In this document: piece by piece, positions 30,480 to 41,156 of the stretch
Layout of the letters: every line of letters begins with the position of its first letter
How positions within the stretch are numbered: position 1 is the first letter of the stretch
Assembly: GCA_963790475.1 (NCBI GenBank)
Contig: CAWBOS010000012.1
Location: 1,408,001-1,472,000 of the forward strand
Length of the DNA stretch: 64,000 nucleotides
Direction of reading: 5' to 3'
Origin: an uncultured delta proteobacterium
Lineage (GTDB): Bacteria; Desulfobacterota; RBG-13-43-22
The notes under the pieces: model-generated
Seen by the model: only the letters and a program-made list of their open reading frames with translations
Database searches by the model: none
What the model was told of the DNA's origin: nothing
Made by a program: the position numbers and the translations under genes

Positions 30480-32177
30480 TTATCTGTCCCCTCGGCACTG
30501 CAATTCCTGTCTGCTTTTTCTGGCAATGGCCCTCAGGCTCGGATAAAGGGATCGGCTGGCATCTTTCAGAACCAGCTCAGCCTCAGGGTTGTCCAGGGCT
30601 ATAAGGGCTGTGGCAGCGCCTCTTCGGAGTGCGGACTTCCAGAAACCCGGCATCCAACCCTGTCTAAACAGGGTTTCACGAAGGAAGGAGATCGAACGGG
30701 CCGACCCGCATTTCCCCAAGGTTTTGAAACACAGAATGAGATGGGCTTTCTCATTAGTACTGTTCTTCATGTTGCGAAGGTATGAGAGTAGAAGATCTTC
30801 GACAACTGCGTCCCGTGACTGCCCTAATAGTTCAAGGACCAATTGTCGTATGGAATAATCCTTATCATCGATCATATGGAAAAGATCCTTGACATAGGCA
30901 GGGTACCGCCTGAAGAGGCCTTTGACCGCCTCACTGCGTACTCTCGCGGATGGATGACGTGTAAGTCTTTTTAAATACTTCAGAGATTGCCCTCCTTGTA
31001 AGTTGACGATCACCGGGACGAGTTTTTCAACCAGCATTTCATCAGGGTTACTCAGCATCGATTCCAGGGTATGTATATCCTGTGAAGCCAGGAAAATGAT
31101 CGAATCCAAAAGGATTTGCCGGAGGGGGGCCGGTTGAGTTTGTGGCATAAGAGAAATAAGGGTATCAATAGCCTGAGGGTTAAGGAGTTTTAAAATCTGT
31201 CCAGCTATCCCGGTATTCTCTGAATCTAAATGCCTCCAAATCTCCTTAAGGGGTGCAAGAGACTCAGGACTGGAGGCATTCAAAAAGAACTCGTCTATAG
31301 CCAGACCGGCCCAGGGTAACTCTACTTGGAAGATATCGAGCACGTAACGCAATCCCTGCAGTATTTTGAGCGTAACTATGAAGTCTCCTCCAGCCAGAGA
31401 CCCTTTGAATTCCTCTGAAAGCACTTCCAGTATTGTCTTGAAATTTTCCTTCTCCCGATGCTGTAGAAGGCTATCCATCAAGGCATCCAGATAGGAGGTC
31501 AGATCAGGCTCTTCTTCCTGACGAATCATTTCTTTTAGTATTACTTTTTCCTCTGGTGTAAGCACCAGATTGGCAGAGCCAATGGCAAGGTTGACCTGAG
31601 TATCCGGTTCCTCCGATTCAAATTCCCTCAACTGCATCTCAACCGCGTTCTCTCCACTAAGATCGGAAAGTTCGTTGAGCTCCTCCTTAGGATCATCACC
31701 CCAGGAAAACTCTGCGACCTCGTATCGCAGATGAGAAAATTGTGCTTCCCAGAAAGCGGTAACAATGTCACCTTCCGGTTCAGCCGACAGTTTGGTGTAC
31801 TTGTCTAAAATTGTCAGAATATCACTAAGTTCCTCCAGTTCGATTCCGGCCATGAACTCCAGCCATCGTATACCGACCTGAAAAAGGGTAAAGTGCAGAG
31901 TCCCTTCCTTCGGGAGTCCTTCTGTAATCACCCCACCATTGGAAACAATGCGTTCCCGCTCTATTTCAAGTCTGAGTGTTCCGTATTTTTGAAGGAATGC
32001 AGCGAGCTGGAGGTGAAGCTGATTTATAGAATTCATACTGATGGTATGACCATGAGGGTAGAGCGATAGATTCTTGCAGGCAAGCAATAAACTTGCAAAA
32101 ATCTTCTTGGTTGGGTTCAACTCATCTTCTGAAGAGTTTTTTCCTGCAGAGGTGGGTTGATTATGCTGAAGGTTCAT
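30480..32177 (-). CDS. HEAT-repeat protein
   Basis: C-terminal HEAT-like repeats (HPSARVRSEAV, DKDYSIRQLVL, LRRGAATAL); N-terminal LYPxGH domain. Confidence 0.75.
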   Translation of the reverse strand: MNLQHNQPTSAGKNSSEDELNPTKKIFASLLLACKNLSLYPHGHTISMNSINQLHLQLAAFLQKYGTLRLEIERERIVSNGGVITEGLPKEGTLHFTLFQVGIRWLEFMAGIELEELSDILTILDKYTKLSAEPEGDIVTAFWEAQFSHLRYEVAEFSWGDDPKEELNELSDLSGENAVEMQLREFESEEPDTQVNLAIGSANLVLTPEEKVILKEMIRQEEEPDLTSYLDALMDSLLQHREKENFKTILEVLSEEFKGSLAGGDFIVTLKILQGLRYVLDIFQVELPWAGLAIDEFFLNASSPESLAPLKEIWRHLDSENTGIAGQILKLLNPQAIDTLISLMPQTQPAPLRQILLDSIIFLASQDIHTLESMLSNPDEMLVEKLVPVIVNLQGGQSLKYLKRLTRHPSARVRSEAVKGLFRRYPAYVKDLFHMIDDKDYSIRQLVLELLGQSRDAVVEDLLLSYLRNMKNSTNEKAHLILCFKTLGKCGSARSISFLRETLFRQGWMPGFWKSALRRGAATALIALDNPEAELVLKDASRSLYPSLRAIARKSRQELQCRGDR

Positions 32178-32232
32178 AAGCTGACCATTAAAGTATCATG
32201 CTGCTGCCAAGGGTTAATAATTCTAACCTCAT

Positions 32233-33576
32233 CTATCCTTTTTGGGGTTTGTTCTCATACATCAATTTGTCGGCCTGGGCCAACAGGGCATCTATGGAAC
32301 AAGGGTTTCGAGGATCAAAAAAAGCAACGCCCAGGCTCAGAGAGAGGGTATAGGCGCGCTTTGTTTGCCAATGATTGTCTTTCAGGACATTCTTAAGGCG
32401 TTGGATCAGTTTTTCTGCCGAAGTCTCAAAGCCATTCGTGGCCAAAATAACAAATTCATCACCGCCTATGCGGGCAATGATATCCGATTCTCTAAATGTT
32501 TCTTTGAGTATTTGGGAAGTATCCACCAGGGCTTGATCACCTTCTTTATGGCCGAAGGTATCATTAATTCCTTTCAAATTATCCAAGTCTCCGAAAATAA
32601 GAAGCATTTCTGTTCTCATCCGTTGGGCATTCTTTAACCACTGGTCCGCCAAGGCAAAGAAACCCCGGCGATTATAGAGACCGGTCAAGTCATCTTTAAG
32701 GGATAAGGTCTTAAGGGCCTCCTCGGCCAGTTTACGGTCGGTGATATCTCTTAAATAGACCAGGGAAACAGTTTCTCCCCGATAAATCGTTTTAGTGGCC
32801 GAGGCTTCAATATTAAGGCATTTCCCGTTCTTCCCTTGGCCTCTAAATTCATATTTATCAGGAACCGATTCACCTTTCTGCCGTCGACGGTTGGTATTTA
32901 CTACCAACTCCCGGTCATCAGGATAGATCAGCATAGAAACCGGCTGGCCTATGATTTCCTCCGGTCGATCATACCCAAAGATTTCAATCATCTTTTGATT
33001 GACAAAGATGTGCCGGTCCCCTTTAACCAGGGCAATACCGTCATTGGATTTTTCAATCAACACCCGATATCGTTCCTCACTCTCCCGTAATGCTTCTTCG
33101 GCCTCTTTGCGTTTGGTGATGTCACTCAGAAAATTCAGGGTGGCTATTCTTCCCTTCCAGTTTATCGCCACAACGTTTAGTTCTACCCACTTGACGTTGC
33201 CGTCTTTATGTATAATCCGAAAATCATAGATTTGAGAAATCTCCTCACCTTTCATTCGCCTGACATGTCGGTCGATCACCATATCCTGATCATCCGGGTG
33301 AATGAACTCAACAAATGGTCTTGACAAGATTTCCCCGGCGGAATAGCCGATCATGATAACGGTTCTCGGATTGAGAAATACCAGTTTACCGTCCTGCGCC
33401 ACAAAAATGGCCTCGTTGGCATTCTCAAAGAGGCTTCGGTAGTTTTCCTCGCTCTCCCTGAGCGCCTCCTTCGCCCGCGGGCGATCATTTTCTGACTTTT
33501 CGAGTTCAGCAGTCCTCCGGCGAAGATGTTCCGGTTTCTGGATCAGTTGTTCTTCAGTGGGAATCTCAGATTTCAT
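32233..33576 (-). CDS. PAS-PAS-GGDEF diguanylate cyclase
   Basis: Two PAS/PAC domains, DDLTGLYNRR, INDTFGHKEGD and I-site RESD ahead of GGDEF. Confidence 0.93.
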   Translation of the reverse strand: MKSEIPTEEQLIQKPEHLRRRTAELEKSENDRPRAKEALRESEENYRSLFENANEAIFVAQDGKLVFLNPRTVIMIGYSAGEILSRPFVEFIHPDDQDMVIDRHVRRMKGEEISQIYDFRIIHKDGNVKWVELNVVAINWKGRIATLNFLSDITKRKEAEEALRESEERYRVLIEKSNDGIALVKGDRHIFVNQKMIEIFGYDRPEEIIGQPVSMLIYPDDRELVVNTNRRRQKGESVPDKYEFRGQGKNGKCLNIEASATKTIYRGETVSLVYLRDITDRKLAEEALKTLSLKDDLTGLYNRRGFFALADQWLKNAQRMRTEMLLIFGDLDNLKGINDTFGHKEGDQALVDTSQILKETFRESDIIARIGGDEFVILATNGFETSAEKLIQRLKNVLKDNHWQTKRAYTLSLSLGVAFFDPRNPCSIDALLAQADKLMYENKPQKG

Positions 33577-33666
33577 CTTTTACTTTTCCAATTTCCAGTA
33601 GGCTTTCGGACAGGATTGATCGTTTTTTTATCGGCCACCGGAGAAACCCATATGAACGACAGGTGG

Positions 33667-33870
33667 TCATCGGCTATCCTCCTGGTTTCCATTTTTAATT
33701 CTATTCTTAAACCAAATCTCAATATCGTTACGGTCAAACCGCCAATGCCTGCCGATTTTTGTCCCGGGGATCTGACCTTCGCGGCAAAGTTTATAAATGA
33801 TCGACTTAGGGATTCTCAACCATCTCGATACTTCATCCGCTTTGAGAACTTCATCTTTAAAATGTCTCAT
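33667..33870 (-). CDS. Small excisionase-like HTH (HTH_17) DNA-binding protein
   Basis: VLKADEVSRWLRIPKSIIYKLCREGQIPGTKIGRHWRF. Confidence 0.85.
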   Translation of the reverse strand: MRHFKDEVLKADEVSRWLRIPKSIIYKLCREGQIPGTKIGRHWRFDRNDIEIWFKNRIKNGNQEDSR

Positions 33871-33936
33871 AAAAATTCCTTTTTCTGGTAAAGGCCCGGA
33901 AAGCCCATTTTCCCAGTTACTTTCTCTTGTCTTTAT

Positions 33937-33952
33937 AGCAACAATTAGGCCA
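33937..33952 (-). promoter_or_regulatory. Putative sigma54 (-24/-12) promoter
   Basis: Minus strand TGGCCT-AATTG-TTGCT matches TGGCAC-N5-TTGCW, about 65 nt upstream of the HTH gene. Confidence 0.7.
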
Positions 33953-34204
33953 TTAAAGGTTTAAATGGTGAAATTAATGTTATTTTGGGGGGTTAAGGTA
34001 TAGGTGAAGTCTGTGAGGGTTGTGAATATTTTCAGAAACAGATCATAATGAAGATAATCGGACAAATTTTGTATTATTTTGAACAAGAAATGAGTCGTTC
34101 TCAGGATCTTTAGAGTTGAGCAGGTGAGCTAAGAAATGAATAGAGCTATCCTCCCTTTTGGGGCAGATGCGCCTGACCTCGGATGATTGGCTCTATTTTT
34201 CTCC

Positions 34205-34233
34205 TTGACCGTGTCTTTTTCTTTCCTTATACT
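34205..34233 (+). promoter_or_regulatory. Putative sigma70 promoter for the minor pilin operon
   Basis: TTGACC-N17-TATACT. Confidence 0.6.
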
Positions 34234-34385
34234 TTTTATTAAAGAAGGAAATTCAGGTTAACCATTAAAGAATATTAAAGTTCTCTTGGGATCTTTCGAT
34301 GAAGAATGAATGAAGAATAAGATAAATTCTATCCCGGCGACCGCTCATTCTTAAAGAGCTGAATGACGAGGTATCCAACTCGATT

Positions 34386-34850
34386 ATGGCCATAAAAAAC
34401 AATTCCGGTTTTACTATTATTGAGCTGATTGTTGTTATTGCCGTGATAGGCATTTTAGCGGTAATTGCCATCGTTTCTATCGGAAACCCTCGGGGGTCTC
34501 AAGCCATTGCCGAAGCGGAGGCCCTGAAGGCCAACCTGAGGTTTACCCAATCCAAAGCCATGAGTGATCTGCCGGGAAATACCTGGGGCTTGAATATCAC
34601 TTCGTCCGATTATACGATTCAGCGAAATGGAGGGGTGCCCAATCCCCCGGTCAACCTTCCCGGCTCGAATTCAGGGACCTACACCCTGCCCACCGGCCAG
34701 ACGATCACCTCTGGGACCGGACTGATCCGGTTCAATTTCCGGGGGCAGCCGGTCGATGCCTCGGGAAGCCCCCTGGCGGCCAATTATACTATTACAGTCA
34801 ATAGCGCCCCCCAGGTCACCGTCACCCGGGAGACGGGATTTGTTCCATGA
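34386..34850 (+). CDS. Minor pilin (MshC/GspH-like)
   Basis: SG/FTIIEL prepilin motif, LRFTQSKAM, IRFNFRGQP and ETGFVP end. Confidence 0.85.
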   Translation: MAIKNNSGFTIIELIVVIAVIGILAVIAIVSIGNPRGSQAIAEAEALKANLRFTQSKAMSDLPGNTWGLNITSSDYTIQRNGGVPNPPVNLPGSNSGTYTLPTGQTITSGTGLIRFNFRGQPVDASGSPLAANYTITVNSAPQVTVTRETGFVP

Positions 34851-35285
34851 ATAAGTGTGGTCTAAACCAAACTTGGGGCTTCACCCTCATCGAACTGGTC
34901 ATCACCATAGCCCTGGCCGGGATTGTCATGATGATGATTATGCCCTTTTTCCAATCCGGCATTACCACCAGCCACCTGCCCGCCCAGCGGCTTCAGGACG
35001 CAGTGACCCTTCAACGGGTCATGGAAAGCATAAACGGGGCCTATGGAAAGGGCCTCAAGGACACAGCATCCTCTGAATACTCTTTCTGCTGCTATCGGTT
35101 CAGCCGGGTCTTCGCCTAACAACCAGTTCGGCGCCTATACCGTTTTGGAAAACAGTTTTATCACTTTTCAGAATAACGGGAACGAACAAGCAGGGGGCAC
35201 GCTTATTTTAAAAGTAACCATCTGCAGCCCGTCCACCCCCGGCCATCAATTAACCCAGCTTTTTACCGTGCAGGTCCTCCATTGA
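34847..35285 (+). CDS. Minor pilin (MshD-like), frameshift ~35075
   Basis: G/FTLIEL prepilin motif; continues in ORF 35043-35285. Confidence 0.75.
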
Positions 35286-35295
35286 TCGAGGGTTC

Positions 35296-35820
35296 ATGAC
35301 CTTACTTCCAGAGCAAAAAGGTTTCACCCTTATCGAGCTCATCGTGGTCATGGTCGTCCTGGGGATACTGATGTCGGTTGGACTCTTCGGGCTCCAACGG
35401 GCTATGGACGGCTATAATCTGGCCCGGGCCAGCGCCACATCCACGCAAAAGGCCCAAATCGCCCTGGATCGCATCACCATCGAACTGTCCCATATCACCA
35501 GCTTGGCAGGTGCAGGTTATAACATTTTGGCCGGGACCGGGAACAGTATTACCTATACCTCTAACTTCGATGTGACGGACCCCCCCCCCCGCCACTCCAT
35601 CGATCAAAATGCGAACCTAGTCCGGCTGGATACCGATGACACAAAACCGCTTATTGACGGGGTGATAACCAACGGGCTGCAATTCACCTATTTTGACGGC
35701 AACGGCAATTCGGTGGCAGCCACCAGTACGGACATGCACCTGATCGGAATTGCTTTAACCGTCCAGGTGACTTCCACTGCGACCCGAACGTTTAACGCCC
35801 GGGTAGCGTTGCAGCAATAA
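35296..35820 (+). CDS. Minor pilin (MshO/PilW-like)
   Basis: [20 protein letters not shown] and LQFTYFD. Confidence 0.85.
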   Translation: MTLLPEQKGFTLIELIVVMVVLGILMSVGLFGLQRAMDGYNLARASATSTQKAQIALDRITIELSHITSLAGAGYNILAGTGNSITYTSNFDVTDPPPRHSIDQNANLVRLDTDDTKPLIDGVITNGLQFTYFDGNGNSVAATSTDMHLIGIALTVQVTSTATRTFNARVALQQ

Positions 35821-35850
35821 GCTATGTTAGAAAACAGGAGATGGCAAACT

Positions 35851-37553
35851 ATGATCGCACCCAACAACCCCAAAGGGTTTTCCCTCATCTATCTTATCGT
35901 TATCATGTTGGTCCTGGCCGCCATAGGGGCCGCCATTTATTCCTTCACCACCAGTACCTCTTATACGGAATTGGCGGAAAATAATCGAAACCGCGCCTAC
36001 CAGTTGGCCGTAGCGGGGATGAATTACGCCGCGGAGGAATACGCCGCCGGGGTCGATTTAGCCAGTACCCAATTCCAAACCAAGACCTATACCCTGGCCA
36101 ATAACCGGGGCCAGATCACTTATACCGTCAACCTGGTTACCGGCTCCTTAATCCCCTACTATGATGTCACATCCATCGGGACCGTAAATGGTAACGATGG
36201 GTTGCTTCTGGCCCGGGCCCAGGTCCGGTCCAGCAGCAAGCCCGGTACGCCCAATTATTTTTCCTCTGAGCCTCCGAACAATCACATCATCCTGTCCGAT
36301 ACCATGAACGATTTAAGCGGTTTCATAACCCAGGACCTGAAGGATGCCGCCAACAATACCATGGTCAGCATACAGTCTTACATGTCCACCGGCGGCACGC
36401 ATCTTTACTGGGCCGCCTTTACCAACACGGGGACCTATCCCCGTCACCGACTGGCGACAACCCAGGCTGCACCATGGGGTTTCACGTGGCCCGGATCAAC
36501 AATAATGCCGCCAATCAGCTCAGACAGTCCTGGCAAACCTATAATCACGTCAATTACGACACCCAGGCCAAGGTGGGCTGGTACGTGGGCCTTCAGGCGG
36601 CCGTCTCCGGGATTAATTTCCGCTGGCACGAAACGGCCCACAATTCCGGCCTGTTCCAAGGCTACGGCCTGGCTTTCATGCGCTATACCTACAGCGCCTC
36701 CGGCTGCGGGTCCGGGTATGACTATATCCCCAACAGCATCAAGCCGCCGGGACTGGCCAATAAGCTGCTGCTGGTCCTCTGGGAGCAACGGGTTGAAGGC
36801 GGGGTGGAAAAGAGGCGCTGGCTGGCCTATGCCGATTTGGGCACCCCGGCAACCTACCCCAATCCCCGTACCGGGAATGACTTGAAGGTTGTCGGGGCCC
36901 AGGATGACGTGGACGGTCTAATAAACGATGACTCTCTGGTGATGGTCCGCATCAAAGAGAATCTATCCCCGCCAGGTAAGGCGGACCAGCGGGTCAACGA
37001 AATCAACGTTTTTTACGGGGATGCCTCCCCCTACTACGATGGTGTGCGAACCCCCAACTCGGTGGCCACCGATATCACCCGGAAAAGGATGTTTCCGCAA
37101 TGGATCCGGCCGGATCTCTTTCCCAGTTGGCCTTCCAATAAACTGGGCTTGTTCAGCTATACCGATAGCGGAATTCCCTATGCCATCAATAACTTCTGGG
37201 TCCCGGATTCCACGACCACCGATCCCACCTACTACGATTTCTTCACCCTGGTCAGTGCTTCGAACAAAATCGGTCCGGAACCGCCCGTCGACCACGCCGG
37301 GAGCGAACCCGGTACAATGGATCATCAATCCCGCTTTCGCCGATACGAGATCCGATACGGGCAGCGTCTCCCAGCTAACACCGATCTGGTAACCCTGCTG
37401 CCCGATAAAGCCACCCTGCGGACCTACAAGTTTGTCCTCAATGCTTTTAAATCCTGGAACAAGGAGGTAGGTCTCCATGCCATGGGAAATTTAAATAATT
37501 CGGACCGGGTCGTGGCCTTTGACGACTTTGCCCTTCAAATCCTGGGCCGATGA
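35851..37553 (+). CDS. Large PilX/MshP-like pilin with C-terminal adhesin-like domain (frameshift ~36445)
   Basis: KG/FSLIYL prepilin lacking Glu5, RAYQLAVAG PilX motif; joins the 359-aa downstream ORF. Confidence 0.7.
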
Positions 37554-37636
37554 GAAAGAGTGTTTCACGGAATTCTGAATTCCGGGGTCAGAAGCCGGAA
37601 TAAATAAAAAGGGTATTTATCCCTGCGAGGTGAACG

Positions 37637-37867
37637 ATGAATTTTTTAAATTTAAAAATAACAGGGATTCTCCTGGGCGGCTTTTTGTTTTTGGGGGCCA
37701 GCGGCGGGCAGGCCTTGGTATCCCCCGAGCATTACGAGAGAATGAAAATGCAAAACAAGCAGAAAACCAAGGAAGCCGAAAAAGTTCAACCGCAAGTGCC
37801 TGTCAAAATCCAGGTCCATCAGCCGGGCGAAGGTCGTCCCCCCGCCGGCAAAGCCGGGCAGAAGTAG
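37637..37867 (+). CDS. Small putative exported protein
   Basis: RBS gaggtg and signal peptide ending GQA; 76 aa. Confidence 0.5.
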   Translation: MNFLNLKITGILLGGFLFLGASGGQALVSPEHYERMKMQNKQKTKEAEKVQPQVPVKIQVHQPGEGRPPAGKAGQK

Positions 37868-38297
37868 TTCTTAAGGGGTAAGGCTCGAATTAGCGGTCTT
37901 GCCCGACTGTTAAGATTAACTGTTGGATGAAAACTTCGATCAGAAGTCGTTATCTTGCTTCTCGCTAAGCGGGAACATCAGCCCGGTCATAATCTGCTAA
38001 AATCCTGAAATCCGTTTCCTCGGGATGACTAGGCTCTTCCGCCACTTATGAGATCTGATCCTTTCGTCTTTCCAAAATCCACCTGGCAGCCATTCTTGCC
38101 GCTGCCGACAGGCATCAGCCATTTATAAGGCAAAACGAGTGTTTCAAATTCTCCTTTCCCTCACTTCCTGGCCTTGATTCCATATCTTGTATAATGATTA
38201 TAAAATTATACCAGATATGGAGTTTTTTCTTGACTTTTCTCCTTTTTGAAAGTACACAATATTTAAGCCGAAAAGTCTTCATTGACAAAGGAAACCC

Positions 38298-40111
38298 GTG
38301 TATTCATTTCAACTGACCAAAAATTTTATAGGAATCGATATCGGGACTCATTCCCTGAAAATCGCCGAATGCCAACGTGCCGGGGACAAGGTCACCCTGC
38401 TTAATTACGAAATTATTCGCCTGCCGGAAGGATCGGGATCCAATCAGGCCTTATCTCCCAGGAAATCTCCTCCTTTATCCGAGATACTCTGAAAAGATTG
38501 GGCATCAAGACTTCGGACACCGTCTCGGAAGTCACCGGTCCCTGGACGGTTGCCAGGCACCTTTTTATGACCGATCTGGCCGATGATGAAATGAGAGAAG
38601 CGATCCGCTGGGGTTCCAAGGCCGATTTCCCTTTTGCCCTGGAAGAGGCCATCATTGATTTTTATAAATTGGAGGTCTTAAAAAAAGAGGAAGGGGAGTC
38701 GGAAGCCGAGATTATCTCCGCCGTAGCCACCCGGGAAGTGGTCGAGGAACAAGTGGCCCTTTTAAAGGAAGCCGGATTGAAACCTCTTTTCCTTTCCATC
38801 CCTTCATTCAGTTTAATGCAGGCCTACCGTGTCACCCAGCCTTCTCCCTGGTCTGAGACGGCGGCCATTATTGATTTGGGAAACAAAAGCACCCAGATCA
38901 TTGTCCTGAAAGAGGGGAAACTGAAATTCTCCCGGGAAATTGCAGTGGCCGGAGATGTCTTTACTCAATCTTTGACCGGAGTCTTATGAGATAAACGGAG
39001 AGAGGGAGGAGATAGACGAAACTGTGGCCGAAAGGATCAAGATCAAGATCGGCCTGTCGGAGGAGGAAGGGGCCGATCCGATCATTGAGGGGGTTCCCTG
39101 GGATCAGGTCCAAAAACGGCTCGGTTCGGTTATGGACCGGCTTCTTGCTCGAAGTTGAAAGATCATTAAACTATTATAAAAACCAGTTTAAAGACTACGA
39201 AATAAAAAGGATCCTTTTAACCGGAGGGGGTAGTCTTTTAAAAGGTCTTCCGGAGGCCCTGGAAAAAAATTTGGAAATTCCGGTCCATTTTTTCGAAACA
39301 GCCGGTTCGTTGACCCTTAAGAAAAAAATCAACGAAGACCTTTTCTTAAGGAATCTGCCCTTCCTGACTACTTTGTTGGGTCTGGTTACCCAGACTCAAC
39401 CTTTCATCAATCTGAGTTCCCAATATTCAGTCCCGCAAGTTAAAAAAATTTCCTATGGAAATTATTTAAAACCCATCCTGGCCAGTGCCTTGCCCCTGGG
39501 AGTAATTTTTTTCTTCGGCTCCCAATACTGGACCGCCAGCCGGCAGGTGACCCAGCTCCAGAAGGAGATAAACGGAAAAAAAGAACAGTTGGCCCGAGTG
39601 GGGAAACCAGTTGAGGAAATGGCCCGTCTGGAACAGGAAGAGGCCGGGTTGAATAAAGATCTGGAGGGATTTCCCAAGGTCGAAATCAGAAAACTCCCGT
39701 TAAACAATTTATTCCGGGAACTGGGCCGGATGGTGCCTTCCCAGATGACCTTAACCCACTTTGAATTTTCCAGGGCCCAGGAGGCCCGGAAAACACCGGA
39801 GGTTGCGGCCGGTGCTCCCAAGGCGGGAGGGGCTGATGGAAAGACTACGGAGATCAAGGCCGTAACCAATACCGAAAAGGGGAAGCGGGAGTTCCAATTG
39901 ACGATTCAAGGTTTGATTTTCGGCTCAGACCAGGAAATTATTGCCACCTTGTCCGGAGTTTGCCAAGGCTCTGAACCGGTCTTCTTTTTTTAAAGAGGCT
40001 AAGGTGCAAACCACTTTAAAAAGCACCGAATATTCGAAGGGGGCCGCAGAATTTAAAATCCTGACTAAGCTCAGGGAAGGGGCTGGTCCGTCATTGGGAG
40101 GGTCTTCCTGA
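38298..40111 (+). CDS. PilM-PilN fusion (several frameshifts)
   Basis: GIDIGTHSLK, IIDLGNKST and ILLTGGGS actin-fold motifs, then INL, TM, coiled coil and a PilN domain. The last segment ends at TGA overlapping the pilO ATG. Confidence 0.78.
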
Positions 40112-40734
40112 TGGTCTTAAAGACTCGGGAAAAGATTATGATCGGGGTGGCTGTATTGGTTGGGGTGGTCATGGGTTTTGATCAATTTCTCACTCAACCC
40201 AAGAAAAAGGAGGTATTGGCCCTTCAAAAACAAGTTCAGGAATCCAATGAAAAGCTGGCTGCGGTTACCGGGTCTTTAGTCGGACTTAATCAGATCAGAA
40301 AAAGGGTGGAAGAAAAAAGAAAAGAGAAGGAAGCCTTGTCCGGCAGGATCCCTGATGACCGGCAGTTGGAAATTGTTCTGGACCAGTTGGGAAAAGAAAG
40401 CCACACTAAACAAATTGATTTGATTCAATTGAATATAAACGATCAACCTGCCGGAGGTCCGGCAGAAGATAAAGGCGGGGCCCAATCCGGATCCTTTAAA
40501 AAGGTGGTTATGGATATAGAGATGAATGCCGCTTTTGGGAATATCGGTCCCTCTTTGGAGAATATGCTATCCCTGCCCATTTTCTCGGAGTTCGAAAAAG
40601 TCGACATCAAGCGAAAGGAAGAAATATTTCCTAAATTGCAGGTGACGGTACAGCAGACTTTGTATATTTCTTCTTCTCCAAAGAAGGAATCCCATGGTGA
40701 GGGAGATGGTCAAAATATCCGGACAACGCCTTAA
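40111..40734 (+). CDS. PilO/MshJ-like pilus assembly protein
   Basis: LKTREK start, TM, coiled coil and ferredoxin-like C-terminal domain; gene order. Confidence 0.75.
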   Translation: MVLKTREKIMIGVAVLVGVVMGFDQFLTQPKKKEVLALQKQVQESNEKLAAVTGSLVGLNQIRKRVEEKRKEKEALSGRIPDDRQLEIVLDQLGKESHTKQIDLIQLNINDQPAGGPAEDKGGAQSGSFKKVVMDIEMNAAFGNIGPSLENMLSLPIFSEFEKVDIKRKEEIFPKLQVTVQQTLYISSSPKKESHGEGDGQNIRTTP

Positions 40735-40745
40735 TAAATTTAACT

Positions 40746-41156
40746 ATGTATTTTGGGTTATTTTCTCTCGTCTTCTTTTTAAACGGTTGGATTTTCCACA
40801 AGGCGGAAGGGGCTTCCGGGGAACGAGATCCCTTTGCCTTGCCGGCGGGGGTCCAAAAGGGCCGGACCATGCAAAAAAAAGAAGGAGCCGGTCCGGCAAA
40901 GACAGGGCAAGAATCGACACCGGGGTTTCGAGTGACCACAATCCTGGTCAGCGGCCGGACCAAAGTAGCGGGTATCAACGGGGTTCTGAGACAAAAAGGG
41001 GAAAAGGTTAACGGTTACCGAATCATGGAGATCGAAGAAAAACAAGTTACCTTGTCTCGGGGAAAGGAAAAACTGGTGCTGAAAATAGATGCGGAGGCCG
41101 GGTATTCCTTTAAAAAATTGAATTCAAAAAATCAAACTATGGGATTTTCAAAATGA
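40746..41156 (+). CDS. PilP/MshK-like protein
   Basis: RDPF motif, ILVSG...AGING...GEKVNGY. Confidence 0.7.
   Translation: MYFGLFSLVFFLNGWIFHKAEGASGERDPFALPAGVQKGRTMQKKEGAGPAKTGQESTPGFRVTTILVSGRTKVAGINGVLRQKGEKVNGYRIMEIEEKQVTLSRGKEKLVLKIDAEAGYSFKKLNSKNQTMGFSK

Noticed and set aside
33667-33870. Excisionase as a sign of a prophage or ICE
   Set aside because: No integrase, att site or phage genes nearby; it has a sigma54 promoter and leads a signalling operon.
37880-38200. Intergenic stretch as a small gene or RNA
   Set aside because: Short minus-strand frames are broken by stops and there is no convincing structure.
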